Positions 23,481-36,629 of a stretch of DNA of 64,000 bases are shown in pieces. The position numbers and the translations under genes are program-made. Each line of letters opens with the position of its first letter. The first letter of the stretch is position 1. The notes beneath the pieces are model-generated. The model saw nothing but the letters and a program-made list of their open reading frames with translations, was not told where the DNA came from and ran no database searches. This stretch comes from Octopus sinensis (lineage: Eukaryota): the NCBI RefSeq assembly GCF_006345805.1, contig NC_043002.1, forward strand, positions 39,866,001-39,930,000. The letters run 5' to 3'.

Positions 23481-24477
23481 ACATACATACATACATACAT
23501 ACATACATACATACATACACACATACACACATACACACACACACTGATAAACAGACAGACAGACAGACAGATAGATAGATAGATAGCTATGGGGAAATAT
23601 TACCTTAATTTGGAAACAGATGAGGGTTGGCAACAGGGAGTGCATCTGGCCATAGAAAAATCTACCTCAGCAAATTCTATCCGACCTATGTAAGTATGGA
23701 AAACTAAATGTGAAAACGATGACAATCGTAATGATGATGATGATGATGATGACAGTGGAACACCCAGCCACTTGTATACTAATTCAACAGGTAACCAATT
23801 CAGTTGATTGGACAACTGAACCCTCATTACTGAAACCAACAGATCCATGTCGGTGGGTAGATGCATAATGTATCTATGTATAACTGACAAATGATTCATA
23901 AGTTTACAATTCTGAGCTCAAAATCGTGACTGATAAAACACAGTACAGAAGATCTGTAACATGATAACAAGAAGAGATGACAAAAGAAACAAAAATAGAT
24001 CTATTGGAAATTGGGGGATTTCATTGCTGACTGAACATTCAGCTTTTGTGCTGTAAATGTGTGTTATTCTGGTTGTTATTGCTGTTGCCAATAGTTGTAG
24101 CGTTGATGGAATTGTTGCTGTTTAGTTTTGGGTCAGTTTCCATCAAGAAGACTTAGGATCAAAGGTATTCATGCTGTAATCTATCATTTTTTTTTTTTAA
24201 ATACAAAGTACTTTATAGTCCTATGTATTCATATTTATATAAGGCAGCAGGTTGTAGACTGAGGGTGACTTGGCTGCTAATTACAGTAGATCAAGAGATA
24301 GAAAGTGGATCCCTTGTTATCTTAACTATTGATTTCTAAAATTAACACATGAACACAAATTTTCAAGGAAGAAATAGATTAAAGATGGTTTAGGTATTTG
24401 ATAAGAAAAGCCACATTTGACGGGATCGTGGTTTTATATTCAAGAACCATGCCAGCATGGAAAGCAGACGTTAAATG

Positions 24478-24478
24478 G

Positions 24479-24530
<52 letters not shown>

Positions 24531-24640
24531 GATGGCAAGGATGACGATGACGATGACGATGATGATGATGATGGTGGTGGTGGTGATGGTGATGATGATG
24601 ATGATGATGATGATGATGGTGGTGATGATGATGATGAACT
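24478..24640. repeat. (GAT)n degenerate microsatellite extending an RTE-type tail
   Basis: Follows ccagcatggaaagcagacgttaaatg. Confidence 0.9.
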
Positions 24641-25477
24641 ATGATAAGTTTTTTTCAAAATTATATTCATAGATAAAAACATTTAATCTGTTATCTTTTA
24701 TCTTTTACTTGTTTCAATCACCGAGCTCCAGCCATGCTGGGGGACTGCTTTGAAAGTTTAGCAGACTAAATCAGTTCCAGTATGTATTTTTTTTCAAGCT
24801 TCTTACTTATTCTCTTGATTCCTTTTGCTGAACAGCAAAGTCATGAGGGTGTATACAAACCAACACCAGTAATGAGAAAACAAATACAAACACAAAGAAA
24901 CTCACACACACACACACACACACATGTATACATACATATATGTATCATCATCATCGTTCAACATTTTGTTTTCTGTGCTGGTATGGATTAGATGGTTTGA
25001 CAGGAGCTGACCAACTGAAGGGCTGTTCAGGTTCCATGTCTGTTTTGACATGGTTTCTACAGCTAGATGCCTTTCCTAATACCAACCACTTTACAGAGTG
25101 TACTGGGTGCTTTTACGTAGCACCAGCATGGGTGCTTTTATGTAGCACCAGCATAGGTGCTTTTCACATGGCCCCAGCACTTATGAGCCCTCAAGATTAG
25201 GGATGCTCAGCTGGAGAGGGTTACAAGGGATGAACCTGTATGCAAGAGTAACCATGCTTTTACTTAGCTTGACATATCTTTTCAAGCACTACAAATCACC
25301 TGGAGTCTTGGTCCCCTGCTATCCCCTCTGTGAGTCCCAATGTTTGTAGATCCTTTCTCACCACTTCATATATATATATATATATATAGTCGATTTTTAG
25401 AAAAACATAAATCTAGAGAAGAAGCACACTCTAAAATGTAGCGCAATCAATATTAATTACTGGTGAAGGATAGTTTA

Positions 25478-25537
25478 TAGGGTTACCCTGGATTTCTTGC
25501 CATAAAGAGTACCATCATGGCGTATCTTCAGACCCTA
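25478..25537 (-). ncRNA. Type I minimal hammerhead ribozyme motif
   Basis: TAGGGT-CTGAAGA-tac GCCATGA loop TTATGGC aa-GAAA-TCC A GGG T-A-ACCCTA. Perfect 6-bp stem I, 1-nt-loop stem III, GUA triplet; stem II junction imperfect. Confidence 0.75.
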
Positions 25538-25691
25538 AGACCTGTTGGCCTATGGCCCCATTAAAATATGGAGGGGGAAATATTACAGATATAAACAATG
25601 GTGCTGGTCATTAGCTTCTGGCTGTGTCATCCTCCTTCAGCTATGCCACTTCCCCTTCCATATTTTAAAGATGCCATTGGCCAACAGGTCT

Positions 25692-25751
25692 TAGGGTCTG
25701 AAGATACACCTTAAAGGTACCCTTTATGGCAAGAAACCCAGGGTAACCCAA
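25692..25751 (+). ncRNA. Type I hammerhead motif (decayed stem II)
   Basis: GGGT-CTGAAGA(25698-25704)...GAAA(25733-25736)-CCC A GGG T-A-ACCC, followed by AATAAA at 25750-25755. Confidence 0.6.
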
Positions 25752-27719
25752 TAAACCAGCCTTCACCAGTAATTAATATATATATATAGAGAGAGAGAGA
25801 GAGAAAGATATCACTTAGGCATAGCTATACTTTTTCATTGGTGATGCTTTTCTATGTATATACATAAATGTAAATGTTGTCCACAATAAATTGCACTTGA
25901 AGCTCCATTAAAGCTATAGGGTCATGCTCAAGTACTCAACTATCAGTACATTGCATGTAATAGCAGAAACAGCTGTAAGCTAACAAAGTTCATAACACAA
26001 TTGTTTTATTTGTCATCCCAATTTCTTATAATCATCATCATCGTCGTCGTCGTCGTCATTGTCATCATCATCATTTAACATCTGTTATCTATGCTCGCAC
26101 AGGTTGGACAACTTGACCAGAGCTGGCAAGCTGCAGAGCTGTACCATGCTCCAGTCTGATTTGGCAATGGTTTCTGTGCTTGGATGCCCTTCCTAATGCC
26201 AACCATGACACCAGCACAAGTGCTTTTTACATGACACCAATACAGGACTCTTACAGACCAATCCTCTTCACCAGCGGGGAGCTTCACACTTAACATATGT
26301 GTGTGTGTGTGTAACATATTTTCATACAGTTTCCATTTATCAAATTCACTCAAAAGGCATTCATTGCCTTGAGGCTATAGTAGAAGACACTTGCCCAAGG
26401 TCCTACATAGTGGGGCTGAGCCTGAAACCACATGGTTGCAAAGCAAGCTCCTTAACATCACAACCATGCCTGCATAGTTTTACTCACTAAAATAGATTGA
26501 TTAGACTCTACTTGCATTGAGCCTTCATTTTTACAGTTAATAATCTGGCAGATAAAACGTTAACACTGTTTTAAGTGAAAAAAAACACCAAATCATTGAA
26601 ACTCAGTATTCTCTCAGGAGATGCACAATGTAACTTTGAGAGCCATAGTTTGGCCTCCAATGGAATTGGAAACTAGATGAACTTCTAGTGGTCTAGTTTT
26701 GTCAAACTCTCACCAGAAAGAGGTAAGGCAAAAATCAACCCCAGGTGGGATTTGAATTCAGAATATAAAGGGAAGTAACTAACTAGCATGTGGCATTTTT
26801 GTCTGCTGTTCTATATGCTCTGCTAAACTGTTTAAGCCTAATGTTGATTCTTACATAGTTACAATGACATAAATGTTTGAAAATAGTGTAATTAGTTATC
26901 TCTGTACATGACTAGTACTTCATTTATTGATGTCCTCACCAACATTGAGAAAAGAATGTAAAAAGGGCATAATCAAAATCTACTAATCAATTTTATCTGA
27001 TGCTCCAATGAATCTGACAATATATCATTCATATCTGTCCTAGAATTAATCAATAGTATCTACGTGGGAGGATAAAAAAATATTGTAAAAATAATCATAT
27101 TGCAAAAGAAACCAAAGTTTACCAGGTTAAATTCAATTTCCTTTGACAATCAGATGACCTCTGTTTCTCTTTGTCCTCCCCACCATCTCTCTTTCATTGT
27201 TATATGTGTGTATGTGTCTATCTATGAATGAACATGAGAATGTGTGTGTGTTTGTGTATGGTGTGTGTGTGTTTGTCTGGTTGCTTGTTTCCACGTCTTT
27301 ATGTTGACCCAGTTTGAGCAAAGATGGTAATGCTTGTTCATATCTCTAATAAATAATGCAACCTGAATCTGAGCCTTTTCATCATGAGAAGAACAGTGAA
27401 ATGAAAATAGCTTAACATCAAGACAATTAAAGGTTGTTTACAAACAGGTCATCTGACCATTAAAAAACTGCTCCAATAAGTCTTGACCAACACATGGATT
27501 AGACAAAACTTATTGAAGCAGCAAAGCAGCTGGGTTATTAGCATATTGGATAGACTTTCATACTTTTGGGGTTAATAAAACGAAGTACAAATCTGGCAGG
27601 GTGGATTGTTTGGTAGAATTGTTAGATCAGGAAATATACTTTAGGGTACCTGTTCTGGTTTATAACAGTCTGAAAATAAAACCCATGACAACACTTATGC
27701 CAAATTGTGCCTAGTAGGC

Positions 27720-28010
27720 ATTTGGCAAGAGGAGACATCCATGCATGGACAACCACCTGTCTTCCTCAAAAGATGCTGCCAAAGCCTGCCCATATATATG
27801 CAGAGGCATGGTCAGCTCTGACCAATGGAGTCCCCACATACAGCAAATGGAATCTGTAGAAGAGGGAAGCCCAGGAAGACATGGGATGAAGTGGTAAAGG
27901 CTGATCTCAGAATGTTGAGTCGCACAAGGAGATAGCAAAAGACTGAGTTGAATGGCAATATGCTACAGCAGATATGCTCATCTATGTAAGTATGGTGAAA
28001 GTGAGATTCT
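27720..28010 (+). mobile_element. Old RTE C-terminal fragment
   Basis: RGKPRKTWDEVVKADLRML-like translation near 27860-27920. Confidence 0.6.
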
Positions 28011-28714
28011 GGATGCATACTGTGTATGGACACAACTGCACCCACCATGTCCTTGTTAAGCTTTCATTTGCCTCTCCCCACCCTTCTTGTTTCTTTATCA
28101 TTCATCCCTCCATCACTTTTCTATCTACTGCATTATTCTGCTGCTGTAATTAAATGAAAGCAGGATTCATTAATATATATTATATTATCGCTCTTTCTGT
28201 ACTTCCAGTTATCACTCCTACTCCTTTGATCTTCCTCCTATTAACATACACCCCTCATTCTGAGCACTGTATCCCTACTTTATTCTTATTCATCACTGAC
28301 CAGCCTTTCTGTGCTGCCAGTCATCACTCTCTCTCTCCCCTTTGAGATACTTCCTATCAATATCTATTTCTCATTCTTAATACTATGCTGCCCCACACTC
28401 ATATTTATCATAAACCACCCCAACCATTTTTACCACTTACTACATTCATCCTTATTACATCTCCAATCAGCTCTATTCTTAACCTTATCCATGTCTCTCT
28501 CTCCCCCATACTCTTGTACTCCACCTACCCCATTCCTCATCTCTCTATCACTCATTCCTTCATTCCTTTCCTACCTGCCATATTACCATCATTCCTCTCA
28601 TATCTACCATATTATTTTATTGCTCATCCTTTTTGTATTCACATCCTCTGTCCTGAGCCATTTCTGTTGGCACCCATCTCTCAGTCTTAACACCATTCCT
28701 TTTATTCTTGTTTA

Positions 28715-29193
28715 CTATTCTTTACTGGAAAGCAATACTCTAGTATTGCATTACTAATTTATTGAAAATTCTTTACCGCTTCTTGTGCTGTTAGCGTTTC
28801 GGCGTTTCAGTCGAGCGTGAATGGCATTAATGTGGTAACATCTGCAAGGTTGTCCGTGGTATATGTTTGGCTGATGAGATAGATCAAGTTTATGGGTGGC
28901 AGACATATCTTGAAAAATCTGAAACCTGCGCAGGTCCCACATTATCCTTTTCCAGGTATTTCATCTTTCAGATGTTCTCCCTGGAGGTAAGACAATTTTT
29001 CTAGTTTTTGTTCCACAACACGCATTTTTGCTAGTACATACGCGGTGAAGCATACATTAGCGTCGTATTATTACGTTCGCTATTTCAGTAAATATCGGTA
29101 CTTCGTTGTGCCATATATTTACTTCTTTGTATATTTTCCCTCACGGGCTATTCTTTACTGGAAAGCAATACTCTAGTATTGCATACTAATTTA
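28715..29193 (+). mobile_element. 433-bp unit with 46-bp terminal redundancy and one hammerhead motif (Penelope pLTR/retrozyme-like)
   Basis: ctattctttactggaaagcaatactctagtattgca(t)tactaattta at 28715-28761 and 29148-29193 (one indel); CpG-rich interior. Confidence 0.7.
28861..28941 (+). ncRNA. Type I hammerhead ribozyme motif with 12-bp palindromic stem III
   Basis: TTTGG-CTGATGA(28871)-GAT...ATC t-GAAA(28921)-CCTGCGCAGG T-C-CCACA. ACCTGCGCAGGT is a perfect palindrome, GUC triplet; stem I only 3 bp plus a mismatch. Confidence 0.6.
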
Positions 29194-29308
29194 TATATAT
29201 ATACATATATATATACATGAAACTCTAAGTTGCATAGAGCTGAATCAAAGTGTATTAAATAACAGTCATGTGTGTATGCATAGATATACACATATGTGTG
29301 TGTGTGTG

Positions 29309-29359
<51 letters not shown>

Positions 29360-30025
29360 AATATATTCATATCACTTTTAAGTTATCTAAAAGATGTTCT
29401 ATAGAATTTTAAGCCAACACTGAAATTTATACATTTCATATACAATGCAATCAAAAAAGAAAAATACACAATGAATGTATATGGATATTTCAAGTGTTAT
29501 TGCTCTTTCATTAGAACCACATCCAACCAATTAACCATCCATAAACAACGTTGCTTAAATAGCCACTTAGTTTAGTGGATAGACTAAATTACATATTAAA
29601 CACATTCCTGGCAACTGGAACATAGGTATTAATTGCTGATAGGAATACCATATTTCATTAAGCAACCGTAATAAACTATCAAAAATATCAAAGGTCTAGA
29701 AGTCAATACAGTGTCCTACCTTTCCGTATTTAAGTAAAATCTTCATGGATGGTTAAGGGGTTGGGTGTGAGACTGAAAAAAGAGCAATAAATCCTGAAAC
29801 ATGCATATACACCCATTACCTATTGTGGTGTATTTGATTGCATTGTTTACATAGATGTATTTGTATATGAAACATGGTAACTTTCAATGGTGGCTCTAAA
29901 TTTTATAGAAATAACTTAACAGTGATTGAATTACGCTGCTAACATCAAAAGTAGGGTACAGTAATGACTTAGAGACCATTAATATATTTGGTAGTATATT
30001 ATAGTTGCTAAATGAAGTTAGTAAT

Positions 30026-30073
<48 letters not shown>

Positions 30074-30787
30074 GTGTGTGTGTGTGTGCGCGAGTGTGTG
30101 TATGTGTGTGTGTATAAAGATATATATATACATATGTGTGTGTGTGTATACACACACACACACATACATGCATGTGAATGCCTGAATGAGATGTGTGGGT
30201 GTGAGTGTGTGGTGGGTGTTTGTATGCGTTATCACTCTCTTTACCCCACTTTCTAAACACATATCTAAGATAAGCTGATCAAAAGCACAATTGAACTCGG
30301 ATTCAAGGTCAGCAGGATATTTACTCCACACTGATTGTTGGCTAAAATCTGTAAAATCCAGATCAATATGAGAAAGCGAAAGAGAGAGAGAGAGAGAAAG
30401 AGACAGAGACAAAGGAATAGAGAGATGGAAAGAGAGAGGGAGAGAAGAGAGGAGAGAGAAAAAGAGAGAGAGAGAGAGAGAAGGATTAGAACATAAAATT
30501 TGTGATGGTCATTGAAAGCTTATGTTAACCTTTATCTTAACTCACAAAACAGATTTTCAACCAAAACACCACCCACCCAATCCTTTGACTGGTTCATTTC
30601 CTTGTTTAACCTTATTTCAGTTTTTATTTTATTATGTTGCTTTATTCATTTGTTCTTAAAGATACTGTGTTTATTTTATCCTATTTGTTTTTGACTTGTT
30701 GATTTGTTTGTTTTATATATATATATATATATATGTATGTGCACCTTCCTTTTTGAGGTAGGCAGGTGCAGCCCACCCCAACCTTTG

Positions 30788-30800
30788 GGCTGGCTGGCTA

Positions 30801-30848
<48 letters not shown>

Positions 30849-30856
30849 GCTGGCTG
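30788..30856. repeat. (GGCT)n tetranucleotide repeat
   Basis: Direct reading. Confidence 0.9.
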
Positions 30857-31148
30857 GTGCCCATTCTTCTTTACTATTATGAGGCTTTCTTGGAGCTGAA
30901 TTCTCTACAGGGAGCATGCCCTTGCCTACTCCCAACCTCAGTTTCTAGACACGAGTGGTCTCGAGACCAAGTCCTCTAACATGAATTTTAAGAAACATGG
31001 TGGAAAATTAACTAGGGAAGGCAGGGACACTTCTCCCTGAGACCCCTTTCAGAACACCCCCTACTATGCATTCAGGTAGATCCAGTCACCCCTGTTAACG
31101 GGGACAAAACTTGGATTTAAAACACGGATGATGATGATGATGATGATA

Positions 31149-31197
<49 letters not shown>

Positions 31198-31198
<1 letters not shown>

Positions 31199-32348
31199 GC
31201 AGCGGGGGTGGGGTGTGCTGAAAAAGGTAACGCTAGAGTAAGAATAGCTTGGGCAAAGTTCAGAGAGCTCTACCTCTGCTGGTGACAAAAGGCCTCTCGC
31301 ACAGAGTGAAAGGCAGACTGTATGATGCGTGTGTACGAACAGCCATGCTACATGGCAGTGAAACATGGGCCGTGACTGCTGAGATATGCGTAAGCTCGCT
31401 AGTAGAAATGAAGCCAGTATGCTCCGAGGGATGTGTAATGCGGTACTCACACTCGGCAGAGTGTAAGTACCTTGAGAGAAAAGCTGGCAAAAAACATCCT
31501 AAGAAGCATCAGTTGTGGTGTGCAAGAGAGACGTTTGCGCTGGTATGGTCATGTGCGCGAGAATGGATGAAGATAGTGTGTGAAAAAGTGCCACACCCTA
31601 GCGGTTGAGGGAACCTGTGGAAGAGGCAGACCCAGGAAAACCTGGGACGAGGTGGTGAAGCACGACCTTCGAACTTTAGGTCTCACTGAGGAAATGAACT
31701 AGAGACCGAGACCTCTGGAAGTGTGCTGTGCGCGAGAAGACCCGGCAGGACAAGTGAGTCCAAACAACCGTGGCCTTCTACATGGGATGGAGCCAGCCTA
31801 CGTATGCATACCTTCCCTTCTGGGACAACAAACTCTACTTGTGAAGACGTGTTGAGGCAAGTGAGGATCAGAATCGAAATCGATCAATGGAAATTGCGGA
31901 TGTGCTACAGTGCCGGTGGCATGTCGAAACTCTGCTTGTGAAGACCCATTGAGGCAAGTGAGGATCAGAATCGAAATCGATCAATGGAAATTGCAGATGT
32001 GTTACCAGTGCCGGTGGCATGTAAGAGAACTTTCCGTTTCGCGACCGTTGCCAGCACCGCCCGTTTCGTTGTCCGTTGCCAGCCTCGCCCTGGCCCTCGT
32101 GCCGGTGGGCACATAAAAAGCACCATCCGTTCGGGGTTTGCCAGCTCTGTCTGGCACCAGTGCGGGTGGCACGTAAAAAGCACCACTACACTCACGGAGT
32201 GGTTGGCGTTAGGAAGGGCATCAGCCGTTAGAAACACTGCCAGATTTGACTGGGCCTGATGAAGCCTTCTGGCTTCACAGACCCCAGTAGAACGTCCAAC
32301 CCATGCTAGCATGGAAAACGGACGCTAAATGATGATGATGATGATGAT
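31198..32348 (+). mobile_element. 5'-truncated RTE LINE (frameshifted RT C-terminus plus 3' UTR)
   Basis: RIAWAKFREL, LYDACVRTAMLHGSETW, RGRPRKTWDEVVKHDL; ~100-bp tandem duplication in the UTR (31836-31995); palindrome at 32301-32314; (GAT)n tail; (TA)n on both sides. Confidence 0.92.
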
Positions 32349-32689
32349 GATATATATATAATGGAGAAATTGACAAAATGTATAAATAGATGATGAGTAA
32401 AGCACTAGCACAGTTTTGATTACCTGTTGCTATCCATAGATTTATTGTGTCGTTCCATCTCATATTTTATTAATACTGTTATACATACATACATATATTT
32501 ATCTATCTATCTATCTATCTATCTATCTCTCTCTCTCTCTATATATATATATATGTGTGTGTGTGTGGTGTGTGTGTGTGTGTGTGTTTATATATTATTT
32601 AAATATCTATATATATTCATTGATTTTAGTTGTTGGTAAAGCTTTTCCGAACCACTTTCTTAATGTTGCAAGAAGAAATACTCTGTATC

Positions 32690-33110
32690 CATTATCATCA
32701 TCATCATCATCGTCATCATCATCATCATCATCATTATCATCATCATCATCATAGTCGTCATCGTCATCATCATCATCATCATCGCCATCATCACCATCAT
32801 CATCGACATCATCATCATCATCATCGCTATCATCATCATCATCGTCATCGTCATCATCGTCATCATCATCATCATCATCATCATCAAATCCGCATCATCA
32901 TCATCATCGAATCATCATCACCATCATCATCATCATCATCATCGAATCATCATCACCATCATCATCATTGAATCATCATCATCATCATCATCATCGCCAT
33001 CATCATCGCCATCATCATCGCCACCCTCATCATCATCATCATCATCATCATCATAATCATCATCAATTATCATCATCAATGTCATTGTTATCATTGTCGT
33101 CATCACCATT
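32690..33110. repeat. Long degenerate (CAT)n array
   Basis: Direct reading; source of poly-H/S/M/D pseudo-ORFs. Confidence 0.95.
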
Positions 33111-35640
33111 ATCAATAATTGACAATGCAATTGGTATTTCTCTTGCATCATCTGATATGGGAAGTCAAGTGTTTTCTCATATTGTCAAACACCCTTACCA
33201 CATTGTCCTACAAATTACTTTTCAAGCCTACAAAGGAGCGGCCAAGTGGTCACTTGACAAGCCAAATCTCCGACAAATCAAATCACTCACTGCTATCTTC
33301 GAAAAAAAGTATACATTGACTAATGTGGTTCCTGGGTCTTTCTGTACATAGGAATAAGTCGAGACAACCATAACTGGATCATCTTTGATTATAAATCTGT
33401 TTGATCAGTATAAACCTGGGGTTTAAGAAGCAACAACTAATTACCTTTCTATAAATCCAGTAAAAGCAATTGAAACAGTATTAAATTAAAATAGCCATCT
33501 AAGTATCATACTTAATGTATAAACACTATTGATAACCCAGTTACTGCAGTACTTATTGTTCATAAGAGATATTATCTCAGGACAAATACTGCAATAATTG
33601 GTCAATAAACAGTATATTTATACATTACTAGCTTAAAAGCTGCACTCTGTGTGGACTTTTAAAGGTAGCTACAGCCCGAAACTAAAAAAAGCAATAATAA
33701 TAATAATAAAGCATTTATTGGTACTCTACCAATATGGCATTACTTTAAATTCAGTTTAAATGAAAAACTTGTAAGTTCACGAATTTTGGGAGTTCTTTTA
33801 AAATTTGAATTTTCAACTGTTAGCATATAACAAATCCTCATCCAGACCTGATCCCAATGCTGGATGTTCAAGAACTAAATAAAGGCCAGATTTTCAATCC
33901 TGGAATCATCCTGGTTCCAAAAAGGCATATGTCTATGCAGAGCAAATGTAGGCTGAGATACAGGGGTCCTGGACAGACAAACAGACAGACAAAATTTTGC
34001 ATTTATTATTATAGAAGTAGTTATTTTAATTACAAGTGCTTCAGTTGCATACACTAGGTTTTTATTCAGCTGGGTGGCTGTTTACAACACCATTACATCA
34101 GAGGTAATGAATTCTCATCCAGAAATGTGATTGGCTGAGAGTCCACATCATTGAAAAAGTTCGAAAAAGGCCCAAATATATCTGAAATTCTTACTGACCA
34201 CTTCAAGGGTGATAATTCATCTTCCTCCCATATTTATTGTGTTTTCAACACAGCACATCCGTAAAAGATATAATCCTAAGATAAATACTATAGTAAGAGT
34301 CCTGTTGTAAATGTATATGCATTAAATGTGATACATAAGTGCCAACTTCTCTACAAGTTTTACTTTATCCACAAAACTAATGAATTCTTCAACTCTCTCT
34401 CTCTCTCTATCTCTCTCCCACCCTCTCTCTCTCACTCTCTCTCTCTAATTCTTTTTTGAGCTAATTACTCTGCTTTTGTTAACTTAGTAACAATCTAGTA
34501 GGATTTCTAAGACTGATGAGAGGAAAGGAGAAACTTATCCTTTCACAGGAGACCTAGCTTAAGGCCTAATTGCTTGCAACAGTGGTCAAGACCATGTAGT
34601 GGGGGTGTTAAGCCCAGCAGGGAATTAAGTCTACCACCCAAGAAATGGATAACCCTGGGATGAATTGTTGGGGTAATGTTGGCCTGGGAGCAGGATGACA
34701 TCATTTGAAAGCTACAACAAAGCAAGGAAGCTCATTGTAACCAGCAATCCAGTAATGCATAACAACATTCTATAGTCTGTCTGGTAAATACAGTAATGTG
34801 TGTGTGTGTATGTGTGTGCGTGCACACACATGCATGCATGCGTGTGTGTGTGTGCATGTGTCTTTGTGTCTGTGTTTGTCCTCCACCACTATCTGACAGC
34901 TGGTGTTGATGTGTTTATGACTCCATAACTTAGCAATTCAGCAAAAGAAACCAATACAATAGGCACCAGGAATAAAATTAAAGGCAGCACCCTAGCATGG
35001 CTGCAGTCTAATTACTAAAACAAATAAATGATAAAAGAAAAGATTACATACATAGGTGCAGGAGTGGCTATGTGGTAAGTAGCTTGCTTACCAACCACAT
35101 GCTTCTGGTTCCAGTCCCACGGCGTGGCACCTTGGGCAAGTGTCTTCTACTATAGTGGTTCGGCAAAAGAGAATGAAAGAATAAGTCCTTGGGTCGATTT
35201 GTTTTACTAAAGGCAATGCTCCAGTATGGCCACATTCAAATGACTGAAAAGGATAAAAGAATACACACACACACACACACAGACATACATACACGCACAT
35301 ACACACACACATACACACACACATAAATATATATGTTTTAGGGTATGCTTTTTTTTGGATATGTGAACTTCTGACTATATATATGTATGTATATATGAAT
35401 GTCTTTATGCATGGATAGATAGATAGATAGCTATATAGATAGATAGATAGATAATAGATAGAGAGGATAGATAGGGGATGGATGGATGGATGGATGGATG
35501 GATGGATGGATGGATGGAGGATGGACGGGTGGTGGGGTGAGGGGTGGGTAGGTAGTAGGTAGTGGTAGATAGATAGATAGATAGATAGATAGATTTGTGT
35601 GTGTTTTATATATATATATATATAAATTGAATTAGATTTA

Positions 35641-35728
<88 letters not shown>

Positions 35729-36248
35729 TAGATAGATAGATAGATAAAGAGGAGAGAGAGAGAGAGAAACAGACAGACAGAGACAGAAAAACAGAGAGAC
35801 CAAGACTGAAACAGAGAGCAAAAATGACTGTCTATTTCTTGTGTCCAAGTGTTTCTTCCTGACCACATTGTTCCTCCATCTTGAAGGTGTTGATGACCGA
35901 GAAGACCAATCCTGCTGGAAATAAGTGAGAGCAAACATAGCAAGGAACAGTTGGTACAGGTCATGGCTGGTTGTTGCAATGTGTGTGTGTGTGTATTGTG
36001 TATGTGTGTGTGTACACAATAGGCAACTGATGAGGGAATGTCCCCAGTTATGTTATGCACTCATATGTGCGTGTGTATATACATAGATATATTTATGTGT
36101 TTGTGTGTGTGTATACATACATATAATTATGTGTTTTTGTGTGTATATACATAGAGATATTTATGTTTGTGTGTGTGTGTGTGTGTGAGTGTGTGTGTGT
36201 GTGTATAAGCATATATTTTATTATGTAGTTAAGTCTATGTCCAGTCAT

Positions 36249-36310
36249 AGAGTGACCAATGGTTTCGCATCCATGAAGTGCCTAGACCCATGGACGGCTT
36301 GCCAAACTCT
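36249..36310 (-). ncRNA. Decayed hammerhead motif (CUGANGA box mutated to TTGGCAA)
   Basis: AGAGT-TTGGCAA-GCCGTCCATG..CATGGATGC-GAAA-CCA T TGG T-C-ACTCT. Confidence 0.6.
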
Positions 36311-36323
36311 GAAGCCGAACGCA

Positions 36324-36385
36324 AGAGTCTGATGAGCCATCAATGTGGCTAGGCCCTTTATGGATGCAAACCCATTGGTCACTTT
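36324..36385 (+). ncRNA. Decayed hammerhead motif (GAAA box mutated to AAAC)
   Basis: AGAGT-CTGATGA-GCCATCAATG..TATGGATGC-AAAC-CCA T TGG T-C-ACTTT. Confidence 0.6.
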
Positions 36386-36481
36386 ATGACCAGACATAGT
36401 CTTTACTGCATATAAATACAATACTGCTCTATGCTTTAGAGTATCCTTTTTCGGATATATGATACATTGATGATATATATG

Positions 36482-36518
<37 letters not shown>

Positions 36519-36629
36519 GTGTAATATCGTCTGTTTTTCTGTCCTTGTTTTCGTATACATTCAATGCTTTTTCCCAAGGAATCTAATGCTCTTAGCTTAG
36601 TTTTTCCTTGGGGCTGGCCAGGTTGGAGC

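Larger units (their letters stand above)
25389..25778. mobile_element. Head-to-head foldback (129-bp arms, 70-bp spacer) carrying two hammerhead motifs, inserted in (TA)n
   Basis: Arms 25451-25579 and 25650-25778 align without gaps with 14 mismatches. Confidence 0.85.
36244..36390. mobile_element. Head-to-head foldback (67-bp arms, 13-nt loop) made of two decayed hammerhead motifs
   Basis: Arms 36244-36310 and 36324-36390 align without gaps with 13 mismatches. Confidence 0.8.

Noticed and set aside
32276-32300. CTGATGA-AGCC..GGCT in the RTE 3' UTR (also 47957)
   Set aside because: No GAAA; other copies read ctggtgcagcc, so the box is not conserved.
35967-35990. Hammerhead-like CTGATGA-GGG..CCC
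   Set aside because: No GAAA box or stem III follows.
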